Origin: Dehalococcoidia bacterium
GTDB taxonomy: Bacteria > Chloroflexota > Dehalococcoidia > Lucifugimonadales > UBA1127
NCBI GenBank assembly: GCA_965116355.1
Contig: OZ220679.1
Location: 94,669 to 158,668 of the forward strand
Length of the DNA: 64,000 nucleotides
Reading direction: 5' to 3'
Part shown: piece after piece, positions 17,813 to 26,950 of the stretch
Position numbering within the stretch: the stretch's first letter is position 1
Layout of the letters: each line of letters begins with the position of its first letter
The notes under the pieces: generated by a model
Seen by the model: the letters and a program-made list of their open reading frames with translations, nothing else
Told to the model about the DNA's origin: nothing
The model's database searches: none
Made by a program: the position numbers and the translations under genes

Positions 17813-20278
17813 CTACACCAGCGTCACCGGGTCCACGTCCACTGTCCACGTTGGCGGGACGGGCAGCGTCGAGAGGAGCGAGGGCATGTCCGTTGCGGGC
17901 GTTGGCGGGAGGCGGAGGACGATGTGCCAGCGGTAGCGGCCGCGGAGGCGGGCGGTGTAGCCCGGCGCGGGGCCGGCGATCTCGACCTCCGTGAGCCCCT
18001 GCTGCACGAGGGTAAGCTGCAGCTCCGTGGCGAAGCGGCGCGCCTCGCTTGTGCCGTACTCGCGGTTGGTGTGCGAGAAGGAGAAGCGCACGAGGCGGGC
18101 GAAGGGCGGGTTGCGGAGCTCGCGGCGCAGCGCGACTTCGTGCTCATAGAAGGCGTGGTAGTCCTGCCGCGCGCCCGCCTGCACGGCGTAGTGCTCGGGC
18201 GTGTACGTCTGCACCACTACGCGGCCAGGGTCGTCGCCACGGCCCGCGCGGCCGGCCACCTGGCAGAGGAGCTGGAATACGCGCTCGCCCGCGCGGAAGT
18301 CGGGCAGGTAGAGGCCAAGGTCGGCGAGGACGACGCCGACGAGGGTGACATTCGGCAGGTGGAGGCCCTGCGCGACCATCTGCGTGCCGACGAGCACCTG
18401 GGCGTCGCCTCGGGAGAAGCGCTCCATGAGCTCGCGGTGGGCGTCGCGCTCGCGAGCGGCGTCGCGGTCCCAGCGGAGGACGCGCGCGCCCGTTGTCCGC
18501 TCGACCTCCTGCGCCACACGCTGCGTGCCAATGCCGAGGTAGCGGATGTGCGGGCTGTGGCAGCGGGGGCACGCGCCGCCAATCCGGTAGCGCCGCCCGC
18601 AGTGGTGGCACACCAGCCGCTCGCCCTCCGCGTGGTACGTGAGCGCCGTCGAGCAACTGCGGCAATGGAGGACGTGCCCGCAGTCCCGGCACTGCACAGT
18701 CCCCGCCGAGCCGCGGCGGTTCAGGAAGAGGATGGCCTGCCGCCCGCGCTCCAGCGTCTCCGAGAGGGCATCGCTGAGGGCGCGGCTGAAGATGCTGCGG
18801 ACGCCCTCCTTCAGCTCTTCCCGCATGTCGACGACCTCAACGTCGGCGAGGGGCGACGCCTCGGGGCCGCGCGGGCCGGGCCGGAGGCGGTCATGGAGCT
18901 CGAGGAGGCCGACGCGGTTGCGCTCGACAGCGTGGTATGTGGCGACGTCGGGCGTCGCGCTGCCGAGGACGACGGCCGCGCCCGTCAGCCGCCCAAGGGT
19001 GACGGCCGTCGAGCGGGCGTGGTAGCGGGGAGCCATGTCCGACTGCTTGTACGTCCACTCGTGCTCCTCGTCCAGGATGACGAGACCGAGGTCCGGCATG
19101 GGCGCGAAGATGGCGCTTCGGGTGCCGAGGAGCACGTCAAAGGCGCCCTCGCGGACGCGCCACCACGTATCGTAGTGCTGGCCGGGCGTGAGGCCGCTGT
19201 GCAGCAGTCCGACGCGACCGGGAAAGCGCGCCTGCAGCCTCGCGACGAGCTGCGGCGTCAGCGATATCTCGGGCGCGAGCAGCATCCCGCGCTTGCCCGC
19301 GGCGATGCACTCGGCGAGGGCGCGCAGGTAGACCTCCGTCTTGCCGCTGCCGGTGGGCCCGTGCAGCAGGAAGGCCTCGTGCCGGCCCTCCCGCACGCTC
19401 CCGGCGATGCGCTCGACGGCGTCCGACTGCTCGGCGGTCAGCGACAGCGGGGCCTCGCGGTGCGGCGTGTACGCCTCCAGCGGGTCGCGCACACGCCGTG
19501 TCTGCTCGAGCTCGAGCAACCCGTAGCCGAGGAGCCGGCGAACGGTGTCGGCTCCGAACTCCTTTCGGGCCTGTGCGGCGTCCAGCGTCTCCTCCAACAG
19601 CACCTGCTGCAGCAGCGCGAGGCGCCGCGACGCGGGCGGGAAGGTGCCCGCAGCCACGTGCGCCTCATCGACGGTCACCTTGAGGCGCAGGCGTTGCGAG
19701 AACGCGGGCCGCGCCGCTTGCCGCGACAGCTCCCAGCCCTCGGCGACGAGCCCGGCGCGCGCGAGGCGTCGGGCGGCACGAACGGAGGCCGCGCCCAGGG
19801 AGCGTTCGAGCGCGTCCTGCGACACGCGGCCCCGGCGCGCCAGAAACTCCAGCACGCGGGAGTCGGCGGGGGTCGTGGCAACGAGCTCGGTCGGCTGTGG
19901 AGCGGGGGTGGACAGGCTGAAGTGGCGGATGAGGCGGCGGCGGAAGTCCTGCGGGAGCATAACGGCGGCGGCCTCGTAAAGCGTGCAGCGGGTCTCGCGG
20001 CTGAGCCACCATGCGAGATCGAGCTGGTGCGGCGCGAGGACCGGCTCGGGGTGCTGGGCGGCGACGACGGGGCGTATGCCCTGCACTTCGGTGGTGTCGG
20101 AGAGGGCGAAGACCACACCGCCAACGCGGCGCGACAGCAGGGGGACGAGGACGGGCTGGCCGGGGTGCAGGCGCACGCCGTCCGGGATGGCGTACGTGAA
20201 GGTTCGCTCCGGGCCTACCGCGGCGTCGACGGCAATCTCAGCGTAGCGGGCTTCGTGCCGCTCCCACTGCGCAGCCAT
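17813..20278 (-). CDS. priA: Primosomal protein N' (replication-restart helicase PriA)
   Basis: 821 aa. Walker A is LLHGPTGSGKTEVY and the DEEH box is ILDEEHEWTYKQ. The Cys-rich zinc region is CRDCGHVLHCRSCSTALTYH..CHHCG..CPRCHS. Confidence 0.92.
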   Translation of the reverse strand: MAAQWERHEARYAEIAVDAAVGPERTFTYAIPDGVRLHPGQPVLVPLLSRRVGGVVFALSDTTEVQGIRPVVAAQHPEPVLAPHQLDLAWWLSRETRCTLYEAAAVMLPQDFRRRLIRHFSLSTPAPQPTELVATTPADSRVLEFLARRGRVSQDALERSLGAASVRAARRLARAGLVAEGWELSRQAARPAFSQRLRLKVTVDEAHVAAGTFPPASRRLALLQQVLLEETLDAAQARKEFGADTVRRLLGYGLLELEQTRRVRDPLEAYTPHREAPLSLTAEQSDAVERIAGSVREGRHEAFLLHGPTGSGKTEVYLRALAECIAAGKRGMLLAPEISLTPQLVARLQARFPGRVGLLHSGLTPGQHYDTWWRVREGAFDVLLGTRSAIFAPMPDLGLVILDEEHEWTYKQSDMAPRYHARSTAVTLGRLTGAAVVLGSATPDVATYHAVERNRVGLLELHDRLRPGPRGPEASPLADVEVVDMREELKEGVRSIFSRALSDALSETLERGRQAILFLNRRGSAGTVQCRDCGHVLHCRSCSTALTYHAEGERLVCHHCGRRYRIGGACPRCHSPHIRYLGIGTQRVAQEVERTTGARVLRWDRDAARERDAHRELMERFSRGDAQVLVGTQMVAQGLHLPNVTLVGVVLADLGLYLPDFRAGERVFQLLCQVAGRAGRGDDPGRVVVQTYTPEHYAVQAGARQDYHAFYEHEVALRRELRNPPFARLVRFSFSHTNREYGTSEARRFATELQLTLVQQGLTEVEIAGPAPGYTARLRGRYRWHIVLRLPPTPATDMPSLLSTLPVPPTWTVDVDPVTLV

Positions 20279-20322
20279 AGGGCATCACCTGTGGACCGGC
20301 CGCGCGGCGAAGGGCCGGGAAA

Positions 20323-21042
20323 TCAGGACCGCTTCTCTTCAGCGTCGGTGGCAGCTTCCTCTTCCGAGGGTGCAGCTTCGGGTTCGGGCTCTGGCTCGGA
20401 TTCAGGAGCTTCGGCCTCTGCGTCAGGAGCCTCAGCCTCCGGCTCGTCTGCAGGAGCGTCCTCGGCAGCGGACTCCGCTTCGGCGACGGGCTCTTCCTCG
20501 GCGGTGTCGTCGGCAGCTTCATCGACAGTGGCGGCGGCTTCAGCGACGTCGGTCTCGGCGTCAGTTGCTTCGGCGTCGGCTTCTTCCGCCGTGATCTCCT
20601 CGACGATCTCCTCTTCGGCCTCAGCCTCAGCTTCAGCGGCGAGGGCTGCGGCGGCGGCGGCCGCGGCAGCGGCGGGGCTCGCCTTCAGCCACGCGGGAAG
20701 GTTGGTCTGTTCCTTGATGCGGGCTGCGCGCCCGGAGCGCTGCCGGAGGTAGTAGAGCTTGGCGCGGCGCACCTTGCCGTAGCGCTGCACCTGCACTGAC
20801 TCGATGTGCGGCGAGTAAAGGGGGAACGTGCGCTCGACGCCGAAGCCCCGGGTGACGCGGCGGACCGTGAAGCAGGCCGCCGCGCTCTTGCCGCCGACGC
20901 GCCGGATGACGACGCCCTGGAAGGGCTGAGTGCGCGTGCGCTCGCCCTCGCGGACCTTGTAGTTGACCTGGACGGTGTCCCCGGCTCGGAATTCCGGGAT
21001 GTTCGGGTTCTTCGTGACCTCTACGAGGTGGTGGGCGTCCAT
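20323..21042 (-). CDS. rplS: Ribosomal protein bL19 with a ~120-aa Ala/Glu/Asp/Pro-rich C-terminal extension
   Basis: The N-terminal ~117 aa are canonical L19 ([56 protein letters not shown]). They are followed by [21 protein letters not shown]...[18 protein letters not shown]. Confidence 0.9.
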   Translation of the reverse strand: MDAHHLVEVTKNPNIPEFRAGDTVQVNYKVREGERTRTQPFQGVVIRRVGGKSAAACFTVRRVTRGFGVERTFPLYSPHIESVQVQRYGKVRRAKLYYLRQRSGRAARIKEQTNLPAWLKASPAAAAAAAAAALAAEAEAEAEEEIVEEITAEEADAEATDAETDVAEAAATVDEAADDTAEEEPVAEAESAAEDAPADEPEAEAPDAEAEAPESEPEPEPEAAPSEEEAATDAEEKRS

Positions 21043-21117
21043 GCGGGTCCTCTTGGCAATGTCAGATTAGGTACAACCAGACAATGGTACACGATACGGG
21101 CGACGGTGGGCAACGGT

Positions 21118-21167
21118 CGTTGCGGGCGCAACGGGCGTTGCTGCGGGCGCAATGGGCGTTGCGGGCT
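21118..21167. repeat. Short tandem repeat (~2.5 copies of GTTGC(TGC)GGGCGCAAYGGGC) between vapC and rplS
   Basis: The repeat runs GTTGCGGGCGCAACGGGC, then GTTGCTGCGGGCGCAATGGGC, then GTTGCGGGCTG. Each unit can form a GCAAC/GTTGC mini-hairpin. Confidence 0.6.
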
Positions 21168-21168
21168 G

Positions 21169-21555
21169 TTATGCGCGGCGGGTGACGGCGGCGAGATCCT
21201 TGTCGAAGGTTATGATGCCGCGGACACCCCTGCGCTGACACGACGCCAAGTGGCACAAGTCCCGGGCCTCCAAGGTGGGGTGCTCGTCCTTGAGCTGTCG
21301 GGCCAGCGTCACGTCGTCCGATTCCAAGGGCCAGACTTCAACATCCACGCTCTCTATGAGCGTGAGAGCGTCGTCAAAGTTCCTGAGTCGTCCCGTGGAA
21401 GAGTAGACGTGCAGCAACTCTTGCAGCACCTCCGCAGATGTCCCAAGGGCCGCGCCTGTTTCCCTGGCTTCAATGAAGAACTGCCGAGCTTCCGCTTTCA
21501 GTGGGTGCGGCTGGCCCACAGCGTACATGAAGACGTTGGCGTCAACAAAAATCAC
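21169..21555 (-). CDS. vapC: PIN-domain toxin (VapC-like)
   Basis: MIFVDANVFMYA.. gives the N-terminal acidic residue, with ..EVLQELLH.. and ..ITFDKDL further on. 4-nt overlap with the upstream antitoxin gene. Confidence 0.85.
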   Translation of the reverse strand: MIFVDANVFMYAVGQPHPLKAEARQFFIEARETGAALGTSAEVLQELLHVYSSTGRLRNFDDALTLIESVDVEVWPLESDDVTLARQLKDEHPTLEARDLCHLASCQRRGVRGIITFDKDLAAVTRRA

Positions 21556-21833
21556 GACCTAAGGGCGTCCCGCAACTGGTCTTCTAACATCGTCCGCTTC
21601 ACTTCTTCCCAGTCCGGCTCCGGTTCAGCGTCCGGCCCATACCGGGCATCAATGCGCCTGAAGAAGTCCCTGAGGTCTTCCACTGAATGCAACCTTGCAG
21701 ACTTCCGCATCTCTTCCACCCTTTGGTGCGCAGCAGCCCGCATCCACGCGCTAAAGGTCATACCCTCTTTGCGGGCTTGCGACAGAAACTGCGCGCGGTC
21801 TTCATCTGGAATGATCAACTGCACCCGGGCCAT
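21552..21833 (-). CDS. Ribbon-helix-helix antitoxin (VapB/CopG-like)
   Basis: MARVQLIIPDEDRAQFLSQARKEGMTFSAWMRAAAHQRV has an RHH pattern. Start at ATG 21831-21833. Overlaps the vapC start. Confidence 0.75.
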   Translation of the reverse strand: MARVQLIIPDEDRAQFLSQARKEGMTFSAWMRAAAHQRVEEMRKSARLHSVEDLRDFFRRIDARYGPDAEPEPDWEEVKRTMLEDQLRDALRS

Positions 21834-21942
21834 TGCCAACCCTTTCCAAGAATGTGTATTCACTATACACACTTCCAACTGCCACGTCAATCCGTTCAAG
21901 GGGGTAGGATGCGCAGGGGTGAAACTCACGCCTCAGCGGGAA

Positions 21943-24540
21943 TTAAACCCTCGACACCTGCACGGGCATGATGTGGAGGCCGGGGACGCGCAGCATGGGG
22001 TCGTCGTCCGGGGACTGGTCGAGGGCGGTGGCGAGCTCGCCGAAGAGGACCGTGGCCGAGACTACGCCGCGCAGCGGGCCCGTGGTGCGCACGAGGCCGC
22101 GGATGCGGTGGCCGTTCGCCCCAACGTCGATGACATCGCCGGGGGCGACGCCCAGCGCAGCGGCGTCGTCGGGGTGAAGCTCGAGCGCGTCCTCGCGGCG
22201 GATGGCGTTCTTGCCGTTGCTGCGCACCACCTCGACCTCGCCTACCGGCAGCGAGAGAACGCGGCCGGGTGCGAAGAGGAAGCCTGCGCTGTCGGTAGCC
22301 CGAGCGGGCATCGGCGCGAGCGGCGCCAGTTCGGTGCGCTTCGGCATCGTCCATGGCAGCTGCACGCCACCCGCGTCGAGGGCGTCGTCGGTGGCGGCGG
22401 CGTAGGCGGGAACCGCGTCGCGGATGGCCTGCAACGTCTCCGACGGATGTCCGCCGAAGCCGTCCGCGCCCATACGGCGCGCCAACTGCGTGAGTACGGC
22501 GTCGGCAGGGCGGGCCTCGCCCTTGGGCTCGATGGCGGCGCGGCGGCGCAGCACCCAGCGATCAAGGCTGGTCACGACGCCGTCCTCCTCGGCGAAGGAC
22601 GTCATCGGCAGCAGCACGTCGGCGGCCTCGGTGAGCTCGGAGGGGAACATGGCCTGCACGACGAGGAATTCCGTGTGCGTCAGCGTGTGGACGGCCTCCG
22701 GCGTGAAGAGCGCGCTGTCTCCGAGGACCATCGCGGCCTTGACGCCGCCCTGCGCGATGGCCTCAAGCGACCGCGCCGCGCTCAGGCCGTCGTCACCGGG
22801 CGTGCAGTCCACGTCGAGGGCGCCCTGGCCGGCCGCGCCGGGGCGCAGCGGGAAGAGGCCGCCGGCGGGCACCCCGACGTTGCCCGTCGCGAGGGCGAGA
22901 TTGATGAGGGCATCGGTGACGGGGGCGCGCTCGTCTTGGGCGACGTTGTCCAGCGCGTAGACGATGGCGGCGCTGCCCGCCCCCGCGAAGGCCCGGGCCG
23001 CAGCCGCGATCCTGTCGGCGGCGACGCCCGTTGCGGACGCGACGGCGTCAATGGCGTAGCCCGCAAGCGACTCGCGCAGGGCGTCGAGGCCGCCGGAGCG
23101 CTCGGCGATGAAGGCGTCGTCCTGCAGGCCCTCGTCGAGTATGACGCGGAGCATGCCGCCAATGAGCGCGCGCTCGGTGCCGGGGTAGGGCCGCAGCCAC
23201 AGGTCGGCGTAGCGTGAGAGCTCGACCTCGCGGGTGTCGATGACGATGAGCTTTCCGCCCGCCTTGTGGGCCTTCTTGATGGGGATGGCGGCGACGTTGT
23301 GTTCCTCTGTGACATTGGCGTTGACGACGAGGACGCAGCCCGCGCTCTCCAGCTCGGCCAGGGTGCCCGTCGCGGCGGGTGTGCCGAGGCGGCGGGCGAG
23401 CGGCTCGACGAGCTCCGGACGGTGGTCGCCGGAGAGGTCAACATTGCTCGCGCCCATGACCTCGCGCGCGAACTTGCCCGCGAGGAATGCCTGCTGGTTT
23501 GTGGCCCTCGGCGTCAGGAAGAGCGAGAAGGCGCCGCCCTTGTAGTCGGGCAGCCGCGACGCGATGACCTCGAGGGCCTGGTCCCACGTCGCCTCGACCA
23601 GCTCACCGTGCCGGCGCAGCATCGGCGTCCGGAGCCGGTTGCGGCTGTTGACGAACTCGTTGCCGAACTTGCCCATGTAGCAGAGCTGCCCGGTGTTGAC
23701 GGGCGACTCCCAGTCGCCGATGGAACGGATGACGCGGCCGCGACGGTCTACCTCCAGGTTGACCTGGCAGCCGACGGGGCAGTGGGTGCACGTGGTCTTG
23801 ACCGTTTCGACGGCCTTGTCCCACTTGTGGTCGCGCTCAACCAGCGCGCCAACGGGGCAGACGTCGATGCACGCTCCGCAGAACTCGCAGCCGGACTCGA
23901 GCAGCGACATGCCCTGCGACGTGCCGACGAGCACGGTGCCGGAGCGTTCGATCATCGCGATGGCGTCGTCGCCGCGCATCTCTTCGCAGACGCGGACGCA
24001 GCGCGCGCAGACGATGCAGAGGTTGTAGTCGCGGTCGTAGAAGGGGTCGCCGGTCTCCACCTGCAGGTTGCGGTAGTTGTAGGCCAGCGGCGACTCCATG
24101 TTGACGTTGACGTAACGCACCGTGTCCTTGAGCTCGCACCGCTCATTCTTGGGGCAGACGACGCAGCGGTCCAGGACGCGGACGTGGCGGAGGCAGATGT
24201 CCTGCGGCCCGCACAGCTCTATGCGGTGGCAGGTCAGGCAGCCGTGGGGGTGCTCCGAGAGCAGCAGCTCCATGACGCTCTCCCGCAGCCCGCGGATCTC
24301 CTGCCCCAGCGAGCTCACCACCATGCCGTCGGCGACGGGCAGCGTACAGGACGCGGGGGTGCCCCGTCCGCCCTCCACCTCGACGCAGCACATGCGGCAC
24401 GCGCCGTAGGGCTTCATGCCCGGCCAGTAGCACAGGTACGGGATGTACACGTTGTTGTCGATAGCCGCTTGCAGCACGGTCTGCCCCGGCTTGGCCTCGA
24501 CCTCAACGCCGTCTATGGTGAGCTTGATGGGCTCCGTCAT
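21943..24540 (-). CDS. NuoG/Nqo3-like Fe-S and molybdopterin-oxidoreductase-fold subunit (FdsA-like architecture, no Cys/Sec Mo ligand evident)
   Basis: N-terminal 2Fe-2S (CRMCCVEV), His-ligated 4Fe-4S (HPHGCLTCH), 2x ferredoxin-type clusters, and an MopB N-terminal cluster CTHCPVGCQV..LCYMGKFG. At the position of FdhF CCARVUHGPS it reads NVDLSGDHRPELV. Confidence 0.8.
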   Translation of the reverse strand: MTEPIKLTIDGVEVEAKPGQTVLQAAIDNNVYIPYLCYWPGMKPYGACRMCCVEVEGGRGTPASCTLPVADGMVVSSLGQEIRGLRESVMELLLSEHPHGCLTCHRIELCGPQDICLRHVRVLDRCVVCPKNERCELKDTVRYVNVNMESPLAYNYRNLQVETGDPFYDRDYNLCIVCARCVRVCEEMRGDDAIAMIERSGTVLVGTSQGMSLLESGCEFCGACIDVCPVGALVERDHKWDKAVETVKTTCTHCPVGCQVNLEVDRRGRVIRSIGDWESPVNTGQLCYMGKFGNEFVNSRNRLRTPMLRRHGELVEATWDQALEVIASRLPDYKGGAFSLFLTPRATNQQAFLAGKFAREVMGASNVDLSGDHRPELVEPLARRLGTPAATGTLAELESAGCVLVVNANVTEEHNVAAIPIKKAHKAGGKLIVIDTREVELSRYADLWLRPYPGTERALIGGMLRVILDEGLQDDAFIAERSGGLDALRESLAGYAIDAVASATGVAADRIAAAARAFAGAGSAAIVYALDNVAQDERAPVTDALINLALATGNVGVPAGGLFPLRPGAAGQGALDVDCTPGDDGLSAARSLEAIAQGGVKAAMVLGDSALFTPEAVHTLTHTEFLVVQAMFPSELTEAADVLLPMTSFAEEDGVVTSLDRWVLRRRAAIEPKGEARPADAVLTQLARRMGADGFGGHPSETLQAIRDAVPAYAAATDDALDAGGVQLPWTMPKRTELAPLAPMPARATDSAGFLFAPGRVLSLPVGEVEVVRSNGKNAIRREDALELHPDDAAALGVAPGDVIDVGANGHRIRGLVRTTGPLRGVVSATVLFGELATALDQSPDDDPMLRVPGLHIMPVQVSRV

Positions 24541-24572
24541 TCGCTTGGCCCCTGTCTCCTATCGTTTGGCGG

Positions 24573-26339
24573 CTACGCGGTCGACTTTGTAGCCGCCTCT
24601 TCCTCGACGTACCAGCCGGACACGGCCTCAGGCGACGTGCGCGTGGGGCGGTGGAAGCGGGCGGTGCAGCTCCCCGTCGGGCACCGGCCCTCCTCCAGGT
24701 GGACGCGGAAGTCCTCCTCGAAGTGCTGCAGCGACGATCTGATGGGGTTGAAGCCGAGCTGCCCGTGCCCACACAGCGACCCCATGCCCATGGTCTTGCC
24801 GATGGTGCGCATCAGGTCGAGGTCCTCGGGGCGCCCGGCGTTCGAGGCGATGCGCTCCAGCGTGTCCAGCAGGTGCGTCATGCCGAGCCGGCACGGGAAG
24901 CACTTGCCGCACGACTCGTACTGGCAGAAGGCGACCATGTTCCATGCGAGGTCGACGGCGCACACGTCCTCGGACGCAACGATGATGCCGCCGGAGCCGA
25001 GGATTGCGCCCGCCTGCGACATCAGCTCGTAGTCGAGCGTAATCTCGAGGCTGTCGGGCCCAAGCACGCCGCCGAGGGGGCCGCCGGTCTGCAGCAGCTT
25101 CACGGGCCCGCCCGTCGCGACGCCGCCAGCAATGTCGTTCACCACCTGGCCCAGGGTCAGGCCGAAGGGCACCTCATACATGCCGGGGTAGTTCACGTTG
25201 CCGGTGAGGCACAGGATGGCGGTGCCCTTGCTGCGCTCGTAGCCGATGCCGGAGAACCACTCGCCGCCGAGCCGGACCAGCTCCGGCGCGTAGGCGACGG
25301 TTTTCACGTTGTTGATGTTGCTCGGGTTGCCCCAGACGCCGGCCTGCGCCGGGAAGGGCGGCCGGAAGCGCGGCATGGAGCGCTTGCCCTCGATGGCCTC
25401 CATCAGCGCCGTCTCCTCGCCCGCTACGTAGGAGTCGCCCGTCAGCGCGACCTCCATGTCGAAGGAGAAGCCGGAGCCGAGGATGTCCTGGCCGAGCAAC
25501 CCCTGCTCGTACGCCTGCTTGATGGCCTCCTTGGCGCGGTCGATAGGGCCGTCGTGGCCGTGGCGGATGAAGATGTAGCCGTAGTTGGCGCCCGTCGCGC
25601 GGCCGGCGATGATCGTGCCCTCGACAACAGTGTGGGGGTCGCTCTCGATGAGGCCCTTGTCGTTGTAGGCGCCGGGGTCGCCCTCCTCGCAGTTGACCAG
25701 CACGTACTTGTTGGGGCGGTTGGAGCCCTGCAGGAAGCCCCACTTGACGCCCGTGGGGAAGGCCGCGCCGCCGCGCCCGCGCAGGCCGGAGGCCTTCACC
25801 TCCTCGATCAGCTCGTCCTGCGACATCTCCGACAGCGCCTTGGCGAGCCCGCCGTAGCCGCCAGCCGCAAGGTACTCGCGGATGTCACCGGGGTCGACCG
25901 CGCCGCAATTGCGCGTCGCGATGCGAACCTGCAGCTTCCACTGCTCGCCGTCCTCGATGCGCGGGACGCCGTCAACACTCCCGTCGCCGAGGGTGCCGAG
26001 GACCTCGCCAGCGTTACGCCACTGGCCGGATGCTGCCGCGTCGAGGATGGCGGGGACCTGCTGCGGGGTCACGTTGCAGTAGAAGACGCGCGGCCCGCCG
26101 GGGGCCTGCACGTCGACGAGGGGCTCGGCGTAGCAGAAGCCGATGCAGCCGACCTCCTGCACCGCGGCGTCCAGCCCGCGCGAGGCGGCCTCGGCGCGGA
26201 GGGCGTCCAGCACGGCGAATGCGCCGGCGGCGTGCCCGCACAGCGCGACGCCGACGCGGATGCGCGTCCTGCTCTCGAGCGCGTCAACGTGGGCGCGCGC
26301 CGCATCCTGGATGGTCTGGAAGCGCTCGGCCACGGTCAT
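24573..26339 (-). CDS. NuoF-like NADH-binding flavoprotein subunit with an N-terminal thioredoxin-like domain
   Basis: GLRGRGGAAFPTGVKW (FMN site) and ESCGKCFPCRLG (N3 cluster). Start at ATG 26337-26339, overlapping the nuoE-like stop (ATGA). The track ORF's 85-aa Arg-rich extension is rejected. Confidence 0.88.
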   Translation of the reverse strand: MTVAERFQTIQDAARAHVDALESRTRIRVGVALCGHAAGAFAVLDALRAEAASRGLDAAVQEVGCIGFCYAEPLVDVQAPGGPRVFYCNVTPQQVPAILDAAASGQWRNAGEVLGTLGDGSVDGVPRIEDGEQWKLQVRIATRNCGAVDPGDIREYLAAGGYGGLAKALSEMSQDELIEEVKASGLRGRGGAAFPTGVKWGFLQGSNRPNKYVLVNCEEGDPGAYNDKGLIESDPHTVVEGTIIAGRATGANYGYIFIRHGHDGPIDRAKEAIKQAYEQGLLGQDILGSGFSFDMEVALTGDSYVAGEETALMEAIEGKRSMPRFRPPFPAQAGVWGNPSNINNVKTVAYAPELVRLGGEWFSGIGYERSKGTAILCLTGNVNYPGMYEVPFGLTLGQVVNDIAGGVATGGPVKLLQTGGPLGGVLGPDSLEITLDYELMSQAGAILGSGGIIVASEDVCAVDLAWNMVAFCQYESCGKCFPCRLGMTHLLDTLERIASNAGRPEDLDLMRTIGKTMGMGSLCGHGQLGFNPIRSSLQHFEEDFRVHLEEGRCPTGSCTARFHRPTRTSPEAVSGWYVEEEAATKSTA

Positions 26340-26830
26340 CGCGAGTGGCCTCCGTTTCCGCCTGCCGAGCGGAGCCCGGCCAGCATGGCGTCGACGGAGC
26401 CGGCGTTGGCGCGGCCGTACAGGTGATGGTCGGCGGAAACGACGGGCGCCAGACCGCACGCGCCGAGGCAGGTGTTGTATCGGAGCGTGACGGCGCCGTC
26501 GGGCGTGTCGCCCTCGCCGCTGAGGCCGAGGGCATCGTGGACGCGCTCGAGCAATCGCTGCGCGCCCATCAGGTGGCACGTCGGGCCCCAGCACACCTCG
26601 ACCGTGTGCGCGCCGGGGGGAGTGAAGCGGAAGTTGGGGTAGAAGGAGGCGACGGCCCAGACGTCGTTGGGCGTCACGCTCTGGCGAGAAGCCACCTCCT
26701 CGATGGCCTCCTGCGGTATCCAGCCAAGCTCGTCCTCGATGGCAAGAAGGGACGAGAGCACGGTAACGGTGGGCTGCGATTGTTCCGTGACGGCCCGGAC
26801 GATGCGGGCTCGCAGGGCGTCGTCTGTCAC
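26336..26830 (-). CDS. NuoE-like thioredoxin-like [2Fe-2S] ferredoxin subunit
   Basis: VEVCWGPTCHLMGA...YNTCLGACGLAPV is the NuoE cluster motif (C..C...C..C). Confidence 0.88.
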   Translation of the reverse strand: MTDDALRARIVRAVTEQSQPTVTVLSSLLAIEDELGWIPQEAIEEVASRQSVTPNDVWAVASFYPNFRFTPPGAHTVEVCWGPTCHLMGAQRLLERVHDALGLSGEGDTPDGAVTLRYNTCLGACGLAPVVSADHHLYGRANAGSVDAMLAGLRSAGGNGGHSR

Positions 26831-26950
26831 GTGGCCCCCTTCGCTGCGCCGGCCGCAGACTGCGTGAAGTTTATCACGGAGGGGGTGGGACTGCCAGAGC
26901 CCCCGCTTGCGCGCCCGTGCACCCTACGGCATGATGAGGCGGAACCTGAA

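Noticed and set aside
17774-20752. 992-aa plus-strand ORF, plus similar long ORFs at 5944-7023, 6780-8705, 20806-23217, 23266-25032, 24651-26426, 51852-53891, 55994-55923, 56155-58158 and others
   Set aside because: They run antisense to well-supported genes (priA, selB, nuoG/F-like, FtsX permease, argC, cinA). They are rich in Arg/Gly/Ala/Asp low-complexity sequence and lack recognisable motifs. These are typical shadow ORFs of high-G+C DNA.
21943-24540. Selenocysteine- or Cys-containing formate dehydrogenase as the client of the nearby selB
   Set aside because: The ORF is uninterrupted with no in-frame TGA. The segment aligning (from memory) with the FdhF Sec140 region reads NVDLSGDHRPELV, with no Cys. 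It is better described as NuoG-like.
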